A DNA stretch of 64,000 nt from a virus: IMG/VR virus record IMGVR_UViG_3300027908_000004. One strand, written 5' to 3'. How positions within the stretch are numbered: the first letter of the stretch is position 1; each line of letters begins with the position of its first letter. The notes under the pieces are model-generated. The model searched no databases, was not told the origin of the DNA, and was given only the letters and a program-made list of their open reading frames with translations. Positions 25,005-34,348 of this stretch are shown piece by piece. Position numbers and translations under genes: made by a program.

Positions 25005-26017
25005 ACAGAGTAGAACTAATAAAAACACTAGAATTGGTAAAGCCAGCGCTGGCAACCACCAACCAAATTCCCATATTCCAATGCTTCATATTCAAGCCAG
25101 GATTTGTAGAGGCCTATGACGACCAGATAGCCATCACCGGCCCGTGTGACGGTGAGCAGGAATTTGCTGTTCCAGGCAATACGTTGCTTGGACTGCTATC
25201 GAATAGTGGGGCAGAAGAAATAAGCCTTGACCTGAAATCAGATATCCTAGTTTTGACCATGAGCAAATCGGTCAGCAAGCTGGCTTTTCAGCCGCCCGAG
25301 AGCTTCATATTTCAGGAACCTGACCCTAAATGGAACCTGACCCTTCCCTTCACCACCAGTTTGGCTGAGGCTGTAGAAGTCTGTCTAGGGTCTGTGTCAA
25401 AGGACACCACCCAACCCGCGCTCAATGGCATAAGCTTTGAAGGCAACAAGCTCTACGCCTGTAATGGCGATTCGCTGACTAGGTTCACCATTGAACACAC
25501 TGCCAAGGCACGGGTGCTCCTGCCTACGGCATTTTGCAGCGCCGTACTCAAGCTTTGGAAAGCGTTGGATGTAATCAAAGGCGAACTGTTGATCAGCGAC
25601 GAGTGGGTAAGTGCACAATTCGGGGCTTGGGCTGTCTATGGCCAAATCCTTGAAATCAAAGATCCCATAGACTTCGAACAACTGATTACACAAAATGTTA
25701 AAACGAAAATACCGCTGCTCCCTGTGCCGGAAGGTCTTTCCGAGGGACTCGGGCGTGCTCGAATACTGTCTGATCCCGAGAGCCAGAAAACTGTTATATC
25801 GATTGTGGGTAAAAAAATCACCCTTCACACTCAAACCCATGTGGGCGCAACCACCGATAAATTCGTATTTGGGGGGTCCCATCCCGACGTGGTGGCCAAT
25901 GTCAATGCAGCTCACCTGCAAGATGCCCTGTCCAAATGTGACCGGGTCGCTTTTCATGAAAACTGCTGCCTCCTTGCAAAAGATCCGAGCTTGTTGATGT
26001 TACTTAGCAATATGTAA
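25001..26017 (+). CDS. dnaN: DNA polymerase III beta-type sliding clamp
   Basis: The N-terminus VNRVELIKTLELVKPALATTNQIPIFQCFIF and the overall length match the DnaN pattern. An ATG start at 24980 is also possible. Confidence 0.7.
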   Translation: MNRVELIKTLELVKPALATTNQIPIFQCFIFKPGFVEAYDDQIAITGPCDGEQEFAVPGNTLLGLLSNSGAEEISLDLKSDILVLTMSKSVSKLAFQPPESFIFQEPDPKWNLTLPFTTSLAEAVEVCLGSVSKDTTQPALNGISFEGNKLYACNGDSLTRFTIEHTAKARVLLPTAFCSAVLKLWKALDVIKGELLISDEWVSAQFGAWAVYGQILEIKDPIDFEQLITQNVKTKIPLLPVPEGLSEGLGRARILSDPESQKTVISIVGKKITLHTQTHVGATTDKFVFGGSHPDVVANVNAAHLQDALSKCDRVAFHENCCLLAKDPSLLMLLSNM

Positions 26018-28605
26018 TGTCGTTTTTCTTTACCAAGTCAAAGCCCAAACCAACTGTCTCTGCCAAACCCGCGCAAGCGGGTAACGCATCTAAGGCGTCC
26101 ATGAATCGTTTGGGCTGCCGGGTATGCCCCCTTGATCGGGTGGAAAACCACACACCCAAGATGGCCCCTGAACTCAGGGCTGATACAGACATCTATTTTC
26201 TAGGTGATGCCCCATCCAAAGGGGACGATGAAAAGGGTAAACCGTTTAGCGACAAAGCCGGAAAACTCTTACGCTCACTTGTTGCCCAGGGAATTGTCTG
26301 TTCGTTCGACAACGTAATCAGAGATTACAAGGACACCCCCAGCAGCCCGCCGTGGCAAGCTATGGAATGCTGCCGTAACCTGATTACCAAATCCATTGAA
26401 GAAGCCAAACCCAGGATAATCATTGGCTTGGGCATCCAGCCGCTTCAATGGGCACTGAATTCCAGTGACATGGTTGGGCTGCGGGGCCGGGTGTTCGCCA
26501 TTCAGGTTGGCAATCATCCTTGTTGGTTTTTACCGACCTACCATCCACAGTATATCATTGAAACTGCGTTTAATGCGGCCACTCCCCTTAGGAGCAAATT
26601 AGGGCATTGCCTCAAGTTTGACATTGCCAAGGCCGTTTCCATGCTGCCGGGGCTTGCCCAGCCCGTTATTGATACCCCACAAAGCGCTAGGGCGGCTGTA
26701 CAGGCGTTTGACGGCACCAAGCCGGGTCACCTAGCCCAAGTTTTAGCCCTTATCAGTGAAGCCCGCAGGGCCTCAGAAAAGGCCATTGATGTCGAAACAA
26801 GCACACTACGCCCTTATGCGGCGGGATCACAGCTCCTGTGCATGGCACTCAGTTACAACAATATCAACTTCTCATTTGCCTTGGATCATCCAAACGCTGG
26901 CTGGTCAAAGTCCGATCTGGCTTCTATCGATTTTGCTGTTGAGAGCCTGCTTTCGGATGAAACAAGAATAATCGCCCACAACGCTTCCTTTGAAATCGAA
27001 TGGCTAATTGCCCGGTATGGCAAAGGGGCCATTTTCCATGACGTGTGGGAATGCACCATGATGCAGGCCCACTTCCTAGATGAACGCCGGGGGAAAAGAG
27101 GCGGTAATGATGACCAATTTCAGCCAAATCCTTATCAGGCCTTGGACTTTCTTGTTAAACAATATTTTGGACTTTCTTATAAAGGCCTATTTCGTCTGGA
27201 TCGTAAAAATATGTCCAAGGCCGATTTGGGCGAGACACTCACCTATAACGGTGCGGATACTAAATACACACTACGACTGTATTCTCACCAGAAGCAGCTC
27301 CTTAAACAGGCCGGTTTACTTGCTGCATATTCAGAGGCCCGGCAGCGTCAGCCTACAGTTGCTTTGATGCAATCTTTGGGCATTGACGTGGATCAAGCCC
27401 AAACCAAAGAAATGCAGGAGAAGTTAAGTGGTGAAATTGAAGCGATCGAAACAAAAATAAGAGGATATCATGAGGTTCAAAAGTTTGTTGCAGACCGAAA
27501 AACCTTCAATATCGCATCTACGCAAGATGTACTCAAGTTACTTAAAAACTATGTCAGGAGCGGGACCTCACTCATTAACGCCGATGGAAAGGAAAGCGTT
27601 GACAAAGGAGTACTTGAAAAACTCAATCATCCTATTGGAAAAGATATTGAAGAATTTAGAAACCGATCAAAACTGAAGTCTACCTATGTAGACGCGTTTG
27701 AGTATGGGAAGGGTACCTTTATCTGGCCTGATGGCAAGATTCACCCATCGTTCAATACTACCTTTGCTGAAACTGGGCGTACTTCCAGCGATGAGCCTAA
27801 CCAACAGAATTGGCCTAGCAGAAACGACAAATGGGTGCGCAAACAAATAATACCCGCACCGGGCCATGTTTTGGTTGCCTTTGACTACGGACAGTTAGAA
27901 GCTTGCACCGCTGCTATGTGCACCCATGACGGGGTGCTGGTTAAAGCACTGTGGGATGACTACGACATTCACATGGAATGGTCGGTCAAAGCGGCCCATA
28001 GGCACCCAGCCAGCATAGGCGGTCTTGAGTTTCTAAAAGATAAAGCCGTCATGAAGGCTTTCAGAAGCAAGATCAAGAACAAGCTGGTATTCCCAGCCAT
28101 GTTCGGAGCTTCAAACGAATCCGTAGCTGGTTACCTCAATATACCAATAGAGCCGGTTAATAAGCTGATGGATGAGTTCTGGGAAACCTTCCACGGAATG
28201 TACGGTTGGCAAAAGGAGCTGATGAATGAGTATTATACTACCGGGCACGTTAGCAGCCTTACTGGACGTCGTAGGCATTATCCTCTTACTAAGAATCAAG
28301 CCATTAACTATCCGATTCAGAGCGTGGCGTGTGATCTCGTTTGCACTGCTATGGTCGAACTTTCTATTCGCGCTACTGGAAGTGGGTTATGGTATCTGCA
28401 CCCTATCATGAACATTCATGACGACCTTTCGTTCAGTATCCCTGATGATCCTAAAATATTGGAAGAGGCCATTGAGACGATTTACAAAGTGATGCTAGCT
28501 CCCTCGTATGATTTCATAAATGTTCCGCTATCAGTCACTTGTTCTGTAGGAAACAATTGGCTGGAAATGACAGAAATAGATAAGTTCTGGAGTCACAAAA
28601 TATGA
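26017..28605 (+). CDS. family A DNA polymerase with 3'-5' exonuclease and an N-terminal family-4 UDG-like domain
   Basis: UDG-like: CRVCPL, GDAPSKGDDEKGKPFSDKAGKLL, YHPQYII. Exonuclease: DVETS, HNASFEIEW, YNGADTKY. Polymerase: motif A FDYGQLE, motif B RSKIKNKLVFPAMFG, motif C NIHDD. Confidence 0.9.
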   Translation: MSFFFTKSKPKPTVSAKPAQAGNASKASMNRLGCRVCPLDRVENHTPKMAPELRADTDIYFLGDAPSKGDDEKGKPFSDKAGKLLRSLVAQGIVCSFDNVIRDYKDTPSSPPWQAMECCRNLITKSIEEAKPRIIIGLGIQPLQWALNSSDMVGLRGRVFAIQVGNHPCWFLPTYHPQYIIETAFNAATPLRSKLGHCLKFDIAKAVSMLPGLAQPVIDTPQSARAAVQAFDGTKPGHLAQVLALISEARRASEKAIDVETSTLRPYAAGSQLLCMALSYNNINFSFALDHPNAGWSKSDLASIDFAVESLLSDETRIIAHNASFEIEWLIARYGKGAIFHDVWECTMMQAHFLDERRGKRGGNDDQFQPNPYQALDFLVKQYFGLSYKGLFRLDRKNMSKADLGETLTYNGADTKYTLRLYSHQKQLLKQAGLLAAYSEARQRQPTVALMQSLGIDVDQAQTKEMQEKLSGEIEAIETKIRGYHEVQKFVADRKTFNIASTQDVLKLLKNYVRSGTSLINADGKESVDKGVLEKLNHPIGKDIEEFRNRSKLKSTYVDAFEYGKGTFIWPDGKIHPSFNTTFAETGRTSSDEPNQQNWPSRNDKWVRKQIIPAPGHVLVAFDYGQLEACTAAMCTHDGVLVKALWDDYDIHMEWSVKAAHRHPASIGGLEFLKDKAVMKAFRSKIKNKLVFPAMFGASNESVAGYLNIPIEPVNKLMDEFWETFHGMYGWQKELMNEYYTTGHVSSLTGRRRHYPLTKNQAINYPIQSVACDLVCTAMVELSIRATGSGLWYLHPIMNIHDDLSFSIPDDPKILEEAIETIYKVMLAPSYDFINVPLSVTCSVGNNWLEMTEIDKFWSHKI

Positions 28606-28874
28606 CTGCCCACGATCCAAAAGGAAAGTTCTGCCGGATGACTGAAAACATCATTGACTTGGGGGCCGCACGGCCTGTTTCTAATAGGGTTCCTCAATTT
28701 CTCATTGGGGACAAGGTCCATAAGCCCGAGGGCTACAGATTCCCGGGTGAGATACGGGCCGCCTTCACTACCAAGGCCGGAAAATGGCGATTTGTAGTGG
28801 AGCATGATGAGTGTCAAGGGTTACTACACATATTCAATGCTGAGCAACTCAGAGCCGTAATCACGCCCATCTGA
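28602..28874 (+). CDS. hypothetical protein (90 aa)
   Basis: ORF track entry. ATGA overlaps on both sides. Confidence 0.55.
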   Translation: MTAHDPKGKFCRMTENIIDLGAARPVSNRVPQFLIGDKVHKPEGYRFPGEIRAAFTTKAGKWRFVVEHDECQGLLHIFNAEQLRAVITPI

Positions 28875-29821
28875 TGACCTCTCTCCATACGAAATATCGT
28901 CCTGCCACCTTTGACGAAGTGCTGGGGCAGGATGCAACTGTCAAGTCACTTAAAAAGGTGATTAAGGATAAGCGTGCCCGTACCTTCTTGTTTGTGGGGC
29001 CATCAGGTACCGGCAAGACCACCTTAGCCAGAATTGTCGCACATGAGGTAATTGGCCCCACCTGCACCGCCGCCAACCTGATTGAATATGATGGGGCATC
29101 TAAGTCAGGAGCAGACGACATTAGGGAACTGATAACTTCCCTCAATTACCGCGCCATTGGCGGAAGCCCCGTCAAATTTGTAATCTTGGACGAGGTACAC
29201 AAACTGTCATCGGCTGCGTGGACCGTGCTTCTTAAGCCAACAGAGGAACCCCCTTCCCATGTCTATTTTGCATTTTGCACTACGGAAGTGGGCAAAATAC
29301 CAAAGGCAATCCTCACTCGCGTATTACGTTATAACATTAAAGATGTCGCTGAGGAAAGCCTGCAAGATTTGCTTGTTACAGTGGTCGATAAGGAGAGCCT
29401 CACAATTGATGACGCTATCATCGAAACTATCGCTGAGGCCGCCATGGGCAGCCCACGGCAAGCACTCGTCTATCTTGAAGCGTGTTTGGGATGTGCAAAC
29501 TTGGCTGACGCGCGAATGGTCATGCGCGCGGTGGGGCAATCAAAGGAAGTAGTTGATTTGGCCCGATGGCTCGTCGTCGGCAAAGGGCTGAACTGGATAG
29601 AAGCCCTTAAATATTTACAGCCACTTGCCGGGCAGGAAGCCGAAAGTTGTAGGATCATGCTGGTCAACTATTTTGCGGCAGTTCTGTTAAAAACCAAGAA
29701 TGGTGACGTGGCCAAACGCCTACTCGGTCTCATGGAAGCCTTCAAGACCCCCTACCCGCAATCAGACAAAATTGCCCCCTTGCTATTCTCAGTGGGGCTT
29801 GCTTTAAACATGGATCAGTAA
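28874..29821 (+). CDS. clamp-loader AAA+ subunit (gamma/tau-like)
   Basis: Walker A GPSGTGKTT, Walker B ILDEVHKL, and LTRV at the SRC position. Confidence 0.8.
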   Translation: MTSLHTKYRPATFDEVLGQDATVKSLKKVIKDKRARTFLFVGPSGTGKTTLARIVAHEVIGPTCTAANLIEYDGASKSGADDIRELITSLNYRAIGGSPVKFVILDEVHKLSSAAWTVLLKPTEEPPSHVYFAFCTTEVGKIPKAILTRVLRYNIKDVAEESLQDLLVTVVDKESLTIDDAIIETIAEAAMGSPRQALVYLEACLGCANLADARMVMRAVGQSKEVVDLARWLVVGKGLNWIEALKYLQPLAGQEAESCRIMLVNYFAAVLLKTKNGDVAKRLLGLMEAFKTPYPQSDKIAPLLFSVGLALNMDQ

Positions 29822-29824
29822 ACA

Positions 29825-29971
29825 ATGTGGAATGTGCAAGAATACATAGTTGCCGACCGCCAATGGCCGCGCAATCTCAGGATAGCCCACGCCAAATCAC
29901 GGCTACAGGCGGCCAAGACCCATCAAGAGAAAACCTTCTGGCAGGCCGTCCTAGACGCAAATCAGGATTAA
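29825..29971 (+). CDS. 48-aa protein (below track cutoff, uncertain)
   Basis: Hand translation: MWNVQEYIVADRQWPRNLRIAHAKSRLQAAKTHQEKTFWQAVLDANQD. It fills the gap better than track ORF 29827..30015 in another frame. Confidence 0.35.
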   Translation: MWNVQEYIVADRQWPRNLRIAHAKSRLQAAKTHQEKTFWQAVLDANQD

Positions 29972-29974
29972 ACC

Positions 29975-30178
29975 ATGAAGTTGCTTACGAAATTGGTAGT
30001 CATTACCGATGGTGAGAGCTATCTCGTCCACGGCTCAAGCAATGAAGATGCGGCGGCCATGTTCAAGACCATGCAGCCCCTCTGGGCTTTTGATCCTGAA
30101 AAGGAAACCGTGCATGTGATGGACGTCAGTCTAGATATTGAAGATAGGCCGCTTCCGAAGCTTGATTTTGACGAATGA
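29975..30178 (+). CDS. hypothetical protein (67 aa)
   Basis: ORF track entry. ATGA coupling to the next gene. Confidence 0.55.
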   Translation: MKLLTKLVVITDGESYLVHGSSNEDAAAMFKTMQPLWAFDPEKETVHVMDVSLDIEDRPLPKLDFDE

Positions 30179-30651
30179 CCGACCACGCTGACCTAGCCAT
30201 AGATAAATCAGTGCTTGATGATGAAGTTATCAGGCAGCCTGTCTTGTTCTATGAAGTCAGCGAGCAGTTAGTTACTGCATTGGCAGAACGGGACGGAGCC
30301 AAGGAAGAGCTGGCTACAGTTGATGCCAAACTTTCGGCGCATTGGCGTAAGCAATTAAGCGGTGGCAAGGATAGGGTCACTGATAAGCGGATAGACACCT
30401 ATGTCCAAACCAGCGATGAACATGAGGCGGCTTTCAACGTTTATCTGGCCGCCAAAGAAAGGGCAGACAAATTACAGGTGCTAAAAGAGGCATTTCAGCA
30501 AAGAAGTTATATGCTTCGTGACCTTGTAGCGTTATACACCGCCAACTATTATGAGGCCTCTTCCATCAAGCCTTCCAAGGCCCAGGAAGCTTCCCATTAC
30601 GCGGCAAACCGCGCCAGGATGGCTAATGCAAGGGAGGCCAGAAGCAAGTAG
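30175..30651 (+). CDS. hypothetical helical protein (158 aa)
   Basis: ORF track entry. Confidence 0.6.
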   Translation: MTDHADLAIDKSVLDDEVIRQPVLFYEVSEQLVTALAERDGAKEELATVDAKLSAHWRKQLSGGKDRVTDKRIDTYVQTSDEHEAAFNVYLAAKERADKLQVLKEAFQQRSYMLRDLVALYTANYYEASSIKPSKAQEASHYAANRARMANAREARSK

Positions 30652-30695
30652 TTGGAGGAGATTAAAATGAAAACATTTCAGAGAGAGGTGAAGTA

Positions 30696-31796
30696 ATGGC
30701 TAAGGCCCCAGAACGCGGTTTTCGATATCAAGAGCGCTCCCGTGATGATTTGAAAGAACGGGCCAACATGCGCGGTGGTAATTTTGATACCATCTTCAAA
30801 CCCAAATTTAAGCAGTGGAAGCCCAAAGACGGCAAAAACCTGATTCGTGTGCTGCCCCCTACGTGGAAGGACGCGCGGCACTACGGTTTGGACATTTTCG
30901 TCAATTACAATATTGGCGCAGACAATCAATCTTACCTGTCACTCAGCAAGCATGAGAAGGGGGCTGATCCACTTGAAGAAGCAAAGCGCGGAGCGCAACT
31001 GGAGGGCGGCAAGGCCCTCGCCAAAGCCCTCACCCCGACCCAGAGAATCCTTTACTGGATCATCGACCGAAGTGACGAGGGTGAAGGCCCCCTCCTATGG
31101 GCTGCGCCATTCACATTTGATAAGTCACTCAGCAATCTTTGCATTGATGAGGATACCAAGGATGTGATGTTCATTGACAGCCCTGAGACGGGCCGGGATG
31201 TACGCTTCTATAAAGAGGGCACCGGGCTAGCCACCAAATATGATTCCAGCAAGATGAAGGTGCTGGCCGAAAGCCTCATTCACGAGGATGAGGGCCTTGA
31301 GAAGGAATGGCTCGATTACATTTACGAACACCCCCTCCCAGAAGTTTTGAACTTCTACGAATACGACCATATCAAAGCGGTTTTCGGTGGTCAGGCAGGA
31401 AGACGTGATGACGATCAAGATAACGAATTACCTGAGAGGCCCCCGGTACGAGGGGGTGATACTTCGCGCATGGCTGGCCGAGAGCGCCCTAGTAATCGAA
31501 GCCCGAGGGTTCCTGAGACAGAAGCCCTTCCTTGGGAAGATGATGATGCACGAAATGACGTTGTCCCTGCAACTGTATCACGACATAAGACCCCTAATGA
31601 CAATGGGGGTAACCGTGCCCGCTCTAGGGCCGCCGTGGTGGACGAGGGGGAGGTTGACCCAGGCGGTGAACCGGCTGTACGGCCTAGACGTGGCGCAATG
31701 CCAGAAGCTGATGCCGAACCTCCTGTAAGGGAAGGCCGCAGCCTGCGTGAACGCCTAGCTGCGAGGCGTAGAAGTCCAAGCACCGACGACGAATAG
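30696..31796 (+). CDS. gp32-like ssDNA-binding protein with Arg/Asp/Glu-rich C-terminal tail
   Basis: The blocks KNLIRVLPP, LDIFVNYNI, ILYWIIDRS and LLWAAPFTFDKSL occur in the same order as the T4 gp32 blocks IRFLP, ILVNHGF, SYWANILV and FKYRFGKKIWDKI. This alignment is from memory. Confidence 0.55.
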   Translation: MAKAPERGFRYQERSRDDLKERANMRGGNFDTIFKPKFKQWKPKDGKNLIRVLPPTWKDARHYGLDIFVNYNIGADNQSYLSLSKHEKGADPLEEAKRGAQLEGGKALAKALTPTQRILYWIIDRSDEGEGPLLWAAPFTFDKSLSNLCIDEDTKDVMFIDSPETGRDVRFYKEGTGLATKYDSSKMKVLAESLIHEDEGLEKEWLDYIYEHPLPEVLNFYEYDHIKAVFGGQAGRRDDDQDNELPERPPVRGGDTSRMAGRERPSNRSPRVPETEALPWEDDDARNDVVPATVSRHKTPNDNGGNRARSRAAVVDEGEVDPGGEPAVRPRRGAMPEADAEPPVREGRSLRERLAARRRSPSTDDE

Positions 31797-31975
31797 GCGC
31801 AATGAATTAATCAGAAGGGCGGGTAAAGATCATGTTCAGATCGATACCCGCCCGCTTACTGAGATTTTAGGAGACGAACTGCCCTATTTACGTTGGGCAA
31901 AAGAACAGGCACTTATTGTCCGTACAGGCCACCGTACTTGGGCCGAATTACTTAAAGCAAGATTTGAGGCAAAGA

Positions 31976-32254
31976 ATGCCAAAAGTAAAACTGAACGGAA
32001 GTAAGCCCCCATCCAATGTTGACCCCCATTACGAGCTGACCAAGCAGATACTTAATGAATTGCGTGAGTTTTGGATGGATCAAAACAAATCAAATAGGGC
32101 TGATGAAATCACCTTCTCTAGGCTGTCCGTTGTAGCCTACACACAATTCTCAGCCATGGTAGCAGTAGATTCTGGCATGGGTGAGGATCAGTTTGTCAAT
32201 ATTTGCCGCCTTCAATTCGAAGAGGCATTCCGCAGGGCACCGAAATGGTCTTGA
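31976..32254 (+). CDS. hypothetical protein (92 aa)
   Basis: Same frame as track ORF 31916..32254. ATG 31976 is preceded by GAGG. Confidence 0.5.
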   Translation: MPKVKLNGSKPPSNVDPHYELTKQILNELREFWMDQNKSNRADEITFSRLSVVAYTQFSAMVAVDSGMGEDQFVNICRLQFEEAFRRAPKWS

Positions 32255-32383
32255 TATGTTTAATTTACATCGCATTCTATCGGGATCACCAGCAACCAGA
32301 AAAGAACTAGTTGGGGCAGGTTTGTTCGTACTTCTTTGGTTTCTAATGGATTTGGCGCAGTTCGTAGATTGGTTAATTTCCAA

Positions 32384-33409
32384 ATGGTAAAACGTGTCAG
32401 GGCAGAAGTTGCAAAACCAAAGAACAATTATTTCACGGATACCAAAGAAAACATACAATTCGTCAGCACTGGATGCGCTGTGCTGGATTGTGCTTTGGGT
32501 GGAGGCCTCGCTTTGGGCCGCACGGCTAACGTGGTGGGGGATAAAAGCACGGCTAAGACGGGCACTGCCACCGAGGTAATGATCAATTTCACCATGCAGT
32601 ACCCTGAAGGGGCGGTGGCCTACCGGGAAGTAGAAGCCGCATGGGATGATGCCTATGCCGCCGCCATGGGCCTGCCACTAGATAAAATTGACTTTGGCGA
32701 TCCAGATAAGCCACTACAAACAGTGGAAGACTTTATCAGGGATTTCACTGCCTTTGTTGAACAGCAGCTAAAGGCCAAGAAGCCTGGTGTGTACATCCTT
32801 GATTCCTTAGATGCATTGTCTGATGACGAGGAGATGGAACAGGACATTGGCAAGGGCACCTATGGCATGGCTAAAGCCAAGAAGCTTAGTATCATGTTCA
32901 GGACAATGACCCGCAAACAGGAACAGGCAAATGTTCTCCTGCTTATTGTTTCTCAGGTACGCGATAATATTGGAGCTGGGATGTTTGGGGAGAAGTACAA
33001 GAGAAGTGGCGGAAAAGCTTTGGATTTCTACTCCTCACAAGTTGTGTGGCTGGCCAATATGGGGATGCTAAAACGTACAATTGACAAGGTAGAAAGACCT
33101 TACGGGATAAAACTAAAGGCCACAGTGAAGAAAAATAAGGTCGGGCTTCCGTTCAGGGAAGCAAGTTTTACATTCGAGTTTGGGTACGGCACTAACAATG
33201 TGCTGGCCAGCCTTGGGTGGTTGAAGGAAGTAGGGAAACTGGATCGTGTTCCTTTGAAAGAATCTGAAATAAAGGACTATTTAAAGGATTTAGATAACTC
33301 AACTGACGATGATTTCTCGATTCAAACAGCAAAATTAACCGAGGCGGTGAAACGTGCTTGGTCGGAAATTGAGCAAGCTTTTATTCCAAAAAGGCGCAAA
33401 TATGTCTGA
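32384..33409 (+). CDS. RecA/UvsX-like recombinase with atypical P-loop
   Basis: LDCALGGGLALGRTANVVGDKSTAKTG aligns with RecA LDxALGGGxPxGRxxEIxGPESSGKT. Walker B is VYILDSLDAL. The start is uncertain (TTG 32336 or ATG 32384). Confidence 0.7.
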   Translation: MVKRVRAEVAKPKNNYFTDTKENIQFVSTGCAVLDCALGGGLALGRTANVVGDKSTAKTGTATEVMINFTMQYPEGAVAYREVEAAWDDAYAAAMGLPLDKIDFGDPDKPLQTVEDFIRDFTAFVEQQLKAKKPGVYILDSLDALSDDEEMEQDIGKGTYGMAKAKKLSIMFRTMTRKQEQANVLLLIVSQVRDNIGAGMFGEKYKRSGGKALDFYSSQVVWLANMGMLKRTIDKVERPYGIKLKATVKKNKVGLPFREASFTFEFGYGTNNVLASLGWLKEVGKLDRVPLKESEIKDYLKDLDNSTDDDFSIQTAKLTEAVKRAWSEIEQAFIPKRRKYV

Positions 33410-33878
33410 AAGAATAAGAAGGTCTGACTATGGTTTTTGCACTTATAACATTTGGCAAGCCATGCGTGATAGATGCCTAAACAAGAATAATCCGTATTAT
33501 AAAAATTATGGCGGCCGTGGCATTACCATATGTGAGCGTTGGGATAGTTATGCGAATTTTAAGCAAGATATGGGAGAACGTCCTTACAGATACACATTGG
33601 AGAGAAAAGATAACAATAGGGGGTATTCAAAGCGAAATTGTAGATGGGCCACGTATCTGGAACAAAATCGAAACAAGCGGAATACCAAACTCAATATTTA
33701 TAAAGCTATGATGATAATTCGAGCGCGAATGCGTACCCCAAAATTGAAGATTACTGAATTGACTGAACTCTACAACGTCAGTACAACCACGATATTTAGG
33801 GTACTTTCGGGCCATCAATGGCCTGAGGCCCAAAGTTTGGCAAAAAGATCAAAATACAACTTCGACGGCTTATCTTGA
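33402..33878 (+). CDS. homing-endonuclease-like DNA-binding protein
   Basis: The signature NYGGRGITICERW...ERKDNNRGYSKRNCRWATYLEQNRN is common in free-standing phage endonuclease-like genes. C-terminal HTH ITELTELYNVSTTTIFRVLSG. ATG 33402 overlaps the recA-like stop. Confidence 0.55.
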   Translation: MSERIRRSDYGFCTYNIWQAMRDRCLNKNNPYYKNYGGRGITICERWDSYANFKQDMGERPYRYTLERKDNNRGYSKRNCRWATYLEQNRNKRNTKLNIYKAMMIIRARMRTPKLKITELTELYNVSTTTIFRVLSGHQWPEAQSLAKRSKYNFDGLS

Positions 33879-33887
33879 AGCAGAAAT

Positions 33888-34337
33888 ATGCCTGAAGCAC
33901 ACAAGTGGGATTTACGTTTTCTTGGGATGGCCAAGCTTGTGGCAAGCTGGAGCAAGGACCCAAGCACACAAACGGGGGCGGTAATCACACGGCCTGACCG
34001 CACCATAGCGAGCGTGGGCTACAATGGCTTTGCTAGGGGGTGCGATGATAACCCTTCTTTGTATGCCAATAGGCCCGTGAAATACGCTAAAATAATCCAT
34101 TGTGAAATGAATGCTATCTTGGCCAGCAGAGAACCCTTATTGGGGTATGCCCTGATTGTGTGGCCGTTCCTGACGTGTGACCGCTGTGCGGTTCATGTTA
34201 TCCAGTCAGGCATTAAATACGTCGTAGCCCCAGTTTGCCCTTCACATCTAAAAGAGCGTTGGGAAGAGACGTTTGTGCGGGCTCGCCAATACTACCGCGA
34301 GGCCGGAGTTGAGGTTAACGAGATCGATTTTGCGTAA
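33888..34337 (+). CDS. dCMP deaminase
   Basis: Zinc motifs HCEMNAI and TCDRCA (C-x2-C). Size is typical of ComEB/dCMP deaminases. Confidence 0.85.
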   Translation: MPEAHKWDLRFLGMAKLVASWSKDPSTQTGAVITRPDRTIASVGYNGFARGCDDNPSLYANRPVKYAKIIHCEMNAILASREPLLGYALIVWPFLTCDRCAVHVIQSGIKYVVAPVCPSHLKERWEETFVRARQYYREAGVEVNEIDFA

Positions 34338-34348
34338 GAGAAGCAAAC

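Noticed and set aside
25397-25957. 186-aa minus-strand ORF inside the sliding-clamp gene. Similar antisense or alternate-frame ORFs include 5388-5882, 6530-7012, 20795-21154, 31415-31783, 37280-37687 and 50520-51227.
   Set aside because: These are shadow ORFs fully embedded in longer ORFs that carry recognisable motifs or fit the operon structure. None has an RBS, and all have biased Arg/Ser/Pro-rich translations.
29827-30015. 62-aa track ORF (MECARIHSCRPP...)
   Set aside because: It has a GTG start with no RBS and an Arg/Pro/Ser-rich translation, and it overlaps the start of the 67-aa gene. A 48-aa ORF in another frame (29825-29971) fits the gap better.
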